NCBI GenBank assembly: GCA_017650465.1
Contig: JAGCEW010000092.1
Coordinates: 1 to 45,736, forward strand
DNA from: Paludibacteraceae bacterium
GTDB taxonomy: Bacteria > Bacteroidota > Bacteroidia > Bacteroidales > Paludibacteraceae
Length of the DNA: 45,736 nucleotides
Reading direction: 5' to 3'
The notes under the pieces were generated by a model. It ran no database searches. It had not been told where the DNA came from and was given only the letters and a program-made list of their open reading frames with translations. Made by a program: the position numbers and the translations under genes. Of the stretch, positions 43,115 through 45,736 are shown one piece after another (position 1 is the stretch's first letter; each line of letters opens with the position of its first letter).

Positions 43115-45736
43115 ATGAAGCGAATATACTTCTTGTTCATCCTGTCTTTTTTAATTGGTTCATTAACAACCATTGCGAGTGCCCAATGTTGTCCTGATAG
43201 ACAAAAGGTCGGTCAGCGCGATGAGTTTCTGTATGAATATGACAATATCCAAATAGATACTTATTCATGCGGGGCGCATGGAGATGATGATTGGGTAACG
43301 ATTTTGTCAAATGGGGACATGTGGGTTGAAAACGACGAGGCAACTTTTCTTCGTGTTCGGGCTTGGTCTTCTCGTTCTTCAAATACTGACAATTATATTC
43401 AATTGTGTTGGTGGATAAGCACAAATGCGAGTAGATGGACACAAACTTATGCAAACGGAGTAGGTCCAAAGGCTGGGGATTATACGCTTTATGAACCTTA
43501 CATCTGGAATTATTGCGATAATATGTATTATGGTATATGTTATGGCAATAGTTGGAACTTTTGGGGGTGGAATGCCAACCAGTTTAATACATATTCTAAT
43601 GCTGCCCAACCGATACTTATTCAATATAAATTTTCGAGAGATCTTTCTTGGGTATGTCCGTTTTCTTCCTATGCTTCGAGAGCCGGTGGCCCGACGAATA
43701 ACACAAGTAGAATCACTCATTTCAATAGTTTTACGGTAACAGTGGCCGAAGGAGATGGAGGTAAATTGTACATACAAATCGGAGGACAGGATTGTAATTC
43801 ACAACCCGCCGTTACTATCGGAACACGCACGAATACAAATGTGAATAAACTGACGACATCGGTTGTCGGTTCTGGATCTGTAAGTGTTAATCCCGATTGT
43901 GAATATCACACCACAGGCGATAACATTACTCTCACTCCGGTACCAAATAATTCTTCTGTCTGCTTCACGGGTTGGACAGGTTCCGATGCTGCTTATGTAA
44001 TGGACAATGGTAATGGTACATATCGCCTTACTATGCAAGCGCGAGATATGAATATTACCGCTAATTTCGGCGCCTGTGAAAAAGATAGTGTCATTGTTGA
44101 TACCATTTGTGCGGGAGTGATATATGACAGAGAGTACCTCAAAAATATACGTCCTTATTTACCCGCGAGTCAAGTAAATAGCTTTGTGGAGACAACGCGC
44201 GTTCCTAATCCTGCCAAAGATGCGGATACTACCGCAGTTTGGACAGGTACAATCTCAACAGCCGAAGGAGTTACGAATTACACCATCAAAGTCCTAACAG
44301 CCAAAGCCTATAACAATTCCGCCACGCCGATAGAACGTGATTTCTGTTACACGGACACGGAAGATAATACTACTGGCGAAAACAACTTGCGTACTTTCTG
44401 GAATAGACACACACTCGTTGATCCTACAACAGGAAATCAGTTGTCCTATCCGACCAACGTATCACAATCCTTCCTCGCCGAAGAAAGATTGACCTCGCGC
44501 TTCAATTGCGACTCGGTTATTACTTACAGAATTACGGTTAATCCGATAGTGGTAGTTCCGGCGCCGCGCGTTGAGATTTGTAGCAGTCAACTTCCATACT
44601 CGTGGCTCGATAACCACGTCATCACAGGCGAAGAGAGCAGGGGGGATACGGTACACCGCAAGCTGCAGCCGAACGACCCCTGTTACACGGTATTTGTCTT
44701 GAGCGATTTGGTAATCCACGAGCCGGATTTAATTATAGACACGGTACAGGTGGAAACCTATCCCTTCTCATGGAAAGGCTTTACGATAAACTCCTATGAC
44801 GAGGCGGCGACAAATGGCGTAATCCACAAGTGGAATCAGTTTGACTGTGACTCCACCGTACGCCTGTTCATCATCGAGAATACCTACGAAACAGCACAAA
44901 TCTGTAACGGTGCGTCCTACGACTGGCCCAACCATCCCAAATATCAGAACCTTAGAGCCCCGACGGACTATTTTGATACCATCCGTTCGGTCCGCACAGG
45001 AGTGGACAGCGTATACGCTCGTCTTACCCTCACCTTATCCCCTGTCTATGAAGATATCACGGATGGTATGACCATCTGTTCTTCTGCACTGAGCGAATTT
45101 ACCTGGGAAGGTTTACATTTCTCGCTCGACAACCTCGAACGGACGAAGACACTTGAATCCTCAAAGGGGTGTGACAGCACGGTCACTTTCACCCTTACCG
45201 TGTCCGATGCTTATGAGATTCAGGACGGCGCCTCAGTCTGCGAAAACGAATTGGCAGAATTCACTTGGGAAGGTGAATACTTCACGCCCGACGAACTCTC
45301 CAAAACAAAGACCTTTACCGCAGCAAACAACTGTGACTCTATAGTTACCTTCACCGTCACCTTACTTCCCACTTATACGGACATACAAGCTGGTGACATA
45401 ATCTGTGACACGGAGTTGCCCTATGAGTGGAGACACGGTAACACCCTTATCGAGACCTTCACCGAGGCAGGAACAGTCACCAAGACCTTGCAGACCATTA
45501 ACGGCTGTGACTCCACTGTCACCTTCACCCTTACGGTTAATCCCACCTATAGGGACATACAAGATGGTGACATAATCTGTGACACGGAGTTACCCTATGA
45601 GTGGAGAAACGGCAACACCCTTATAGAGACCTTCAATGAGGGAAAAACCGTCACCAGGACCTTGCAGACCATTAATGGTTGTGACTCCATCGTCACCTTC
45701 ACCCTTACGGTTAATCCCACATATAGGGACATAAAA
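43115..45736 (+). CDS. Large secreted repeat protein, 3' end outside the window (874 aa or more). It has an unrecognised Trp/Tyr/Cys-rich N-domain, one InlB-B-repeat-like domain, then eight or more Cys-bracketed ~55-60-aa modules.
   Basis: This ORF is not in the supplied ORF track because it has no stop. I translated it by hand from the ATG at 43115 to base 45736 and found no stop. The signal peptide is MKRIYFLFILSFLIGSLTTIASA. The B-repeat-like segment is SVVGSGSVSVNPDCEYHTTGDNITLTPVPNNSSVCFTGW. The modules have the form IC..ELPYEW..G....F......T.TLQTINGCDS.VTFTLTVNPTY.DI. Confidence 0.85.
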   Translation, partial: MKRIYFLFILSFLIGSLTTIASAQCCPDRQKVGQRDEFLYEYDNIQIDTYSCGAHGDDDWVTILSNGDMWVENDEATFLRVRAWSSRSSNTDNYIQLCWWISTNASRWTQTYANGVGPKAGDYTLYEPYIWNYCDNMYYGICYGNSWNFWGWNANQFNTYSNAAQPILIQYKFSRDLSWVCPFSSYASRAGGPTNNTSRITHFNSFTVTVAEGDGGKLYIQIGGQDCNSQPAVTIGTRTNTNVNKLTTSVVGSGSVSVNPDCEYHTTGDNITLTPVPNNSSVCFTGWTGSDAAYVMDNGNGTYRLTMQARDMNITANFGACEKDSVIVDTICAGVIYDREYLKNIRPYLPASQVNSFVETTRVPNPAKDADTTAVWTGTISTAEGVTNYTIKVLTAKAYNNSATPIERDFCYTDTEDNTTGENNLRTFWNRHTLVDPTTGNQLSYPTNVSQSFLAEERLTSRFNCDSVITYRITVNPIVVVPAPRVEICSSQLPYSWLDNHVITGEESRGDTVHRKLQPNDPCYTVFVLSDLVIHEPDLIIDTVQVETYPFSWKGFTINSYDEAATNGVIHKWNQFDCDSTVRLFIIENTYETAQICNGASYDWPNHPKYQNLRAPTDYFDTIRSVRTGVDSVYARLTLTLSPVYEDITDGMTICSSALSEFTWEGLHFSLDNLERTKTLESSKGCDSTVTFTLTVSDAYEIQDGASVCENELAEFTWEGEYFTPDELSKTKTFTAANNCDSIVTFTVTLLPTYTDIQAGDIICDTELPYEWRHGNTLIETFTEAGTVTKTLQTINGCDSTVTFTLTVNPTYRDIQDGDIICDTELPYEWRNGNTLIETFNEGKTVTRTLQTINGCDSIVTFTLTVNPTYRDIK
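45380..45736. repeat. In-frame 174-bp (58-codon) tandem repeat, two full copies plus the start of a third at the window edge
   Basis: The copies are 45380-45553 and 45554-45727, and GACATA begins again at 45728. By hand alignment I count 17 mismatches in 174, about 90% identity. Upstream modules are much more diverged. Confidence 0.9.

Noticed and set aside
1-45736. Search of all intergenic gaps for tRNA, rRNA, tmRNA or RNase P-like sequences
   Set aside because: No gap contains a cloverleaf-compatible sequence or conserved rRNA blocks that I could recognise by eye. A tRNAscan/Infernal run would be needed to be definitive.

Overview
The window looks like a Bacteroidales chromosome segment (Prevotella-like). 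Supporting signs are TTTG/TAnnTTTG promoters, A-rich translation starts without Shine-Dalgarno sequences, T9SS C-terminal domains, BspA-type LRR proteins and many ATGA stop/start overlaps. Nearly all genes are on the + strand and most are housekeeping. They form these blocks: holA-mltG-metK-lspA-DUF4296; rplM-rpsI-rpsB-tsf; ribF plus a large outer-membrane barrel; nitroreductase-pdxA-alaS-gtrA-amidohydrolase-lipoate ligase-ftsB-like-ruvC; thrS; TetR plus two acyl-CoA ligase paralogues plus a thioesterase; queF-queC-queD-queE; and DUF389. Four surface-protein loci are interspersed: an LRR/B-repeat/CTD gene trio with a coupled barrel gene at 2-2949, a 2242-aa multidomain protein at 15035-21763, a FISUMP-like lipoprotein at 24150, and a Cys-module repeat protein running off the right edge from 43115. 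I saw no integrase, transposase, tRNA, rRNA, CRISPR array, toxin or recognisable defence gene, so there is no classical island or defence system here. The items most worth a second look are: (1) two homologous 110-bp arrays of an 11-bp unit (YACGWTAGATA x10), in direct orientation 9 kb apart, each upstream of a surface-protein promoter; (2) three consecutive genes that together look like one BspA-type T9SS adhesin cut twice at the same loop of an InlB-B-repeat domain, each cut carrying a fresh signal peptide, which could be a split-domain or strand-complementation assembly; (3) the Cys-module giant protein, with ~90% identical 174-bp tandem repeats and an unrecognised Trp/Tyr/Cys-rich N-terminal domain; (4) an unusually uniform extended promoter cassette (TTTG-N20-TAYYTTTG with an A8/T9 run in the spacer) at eight loci; (5) the uncharacterised NifU-like + GGGtGRT operon. 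All domain calls were made by eye from the translations. No HMM or database search was run.
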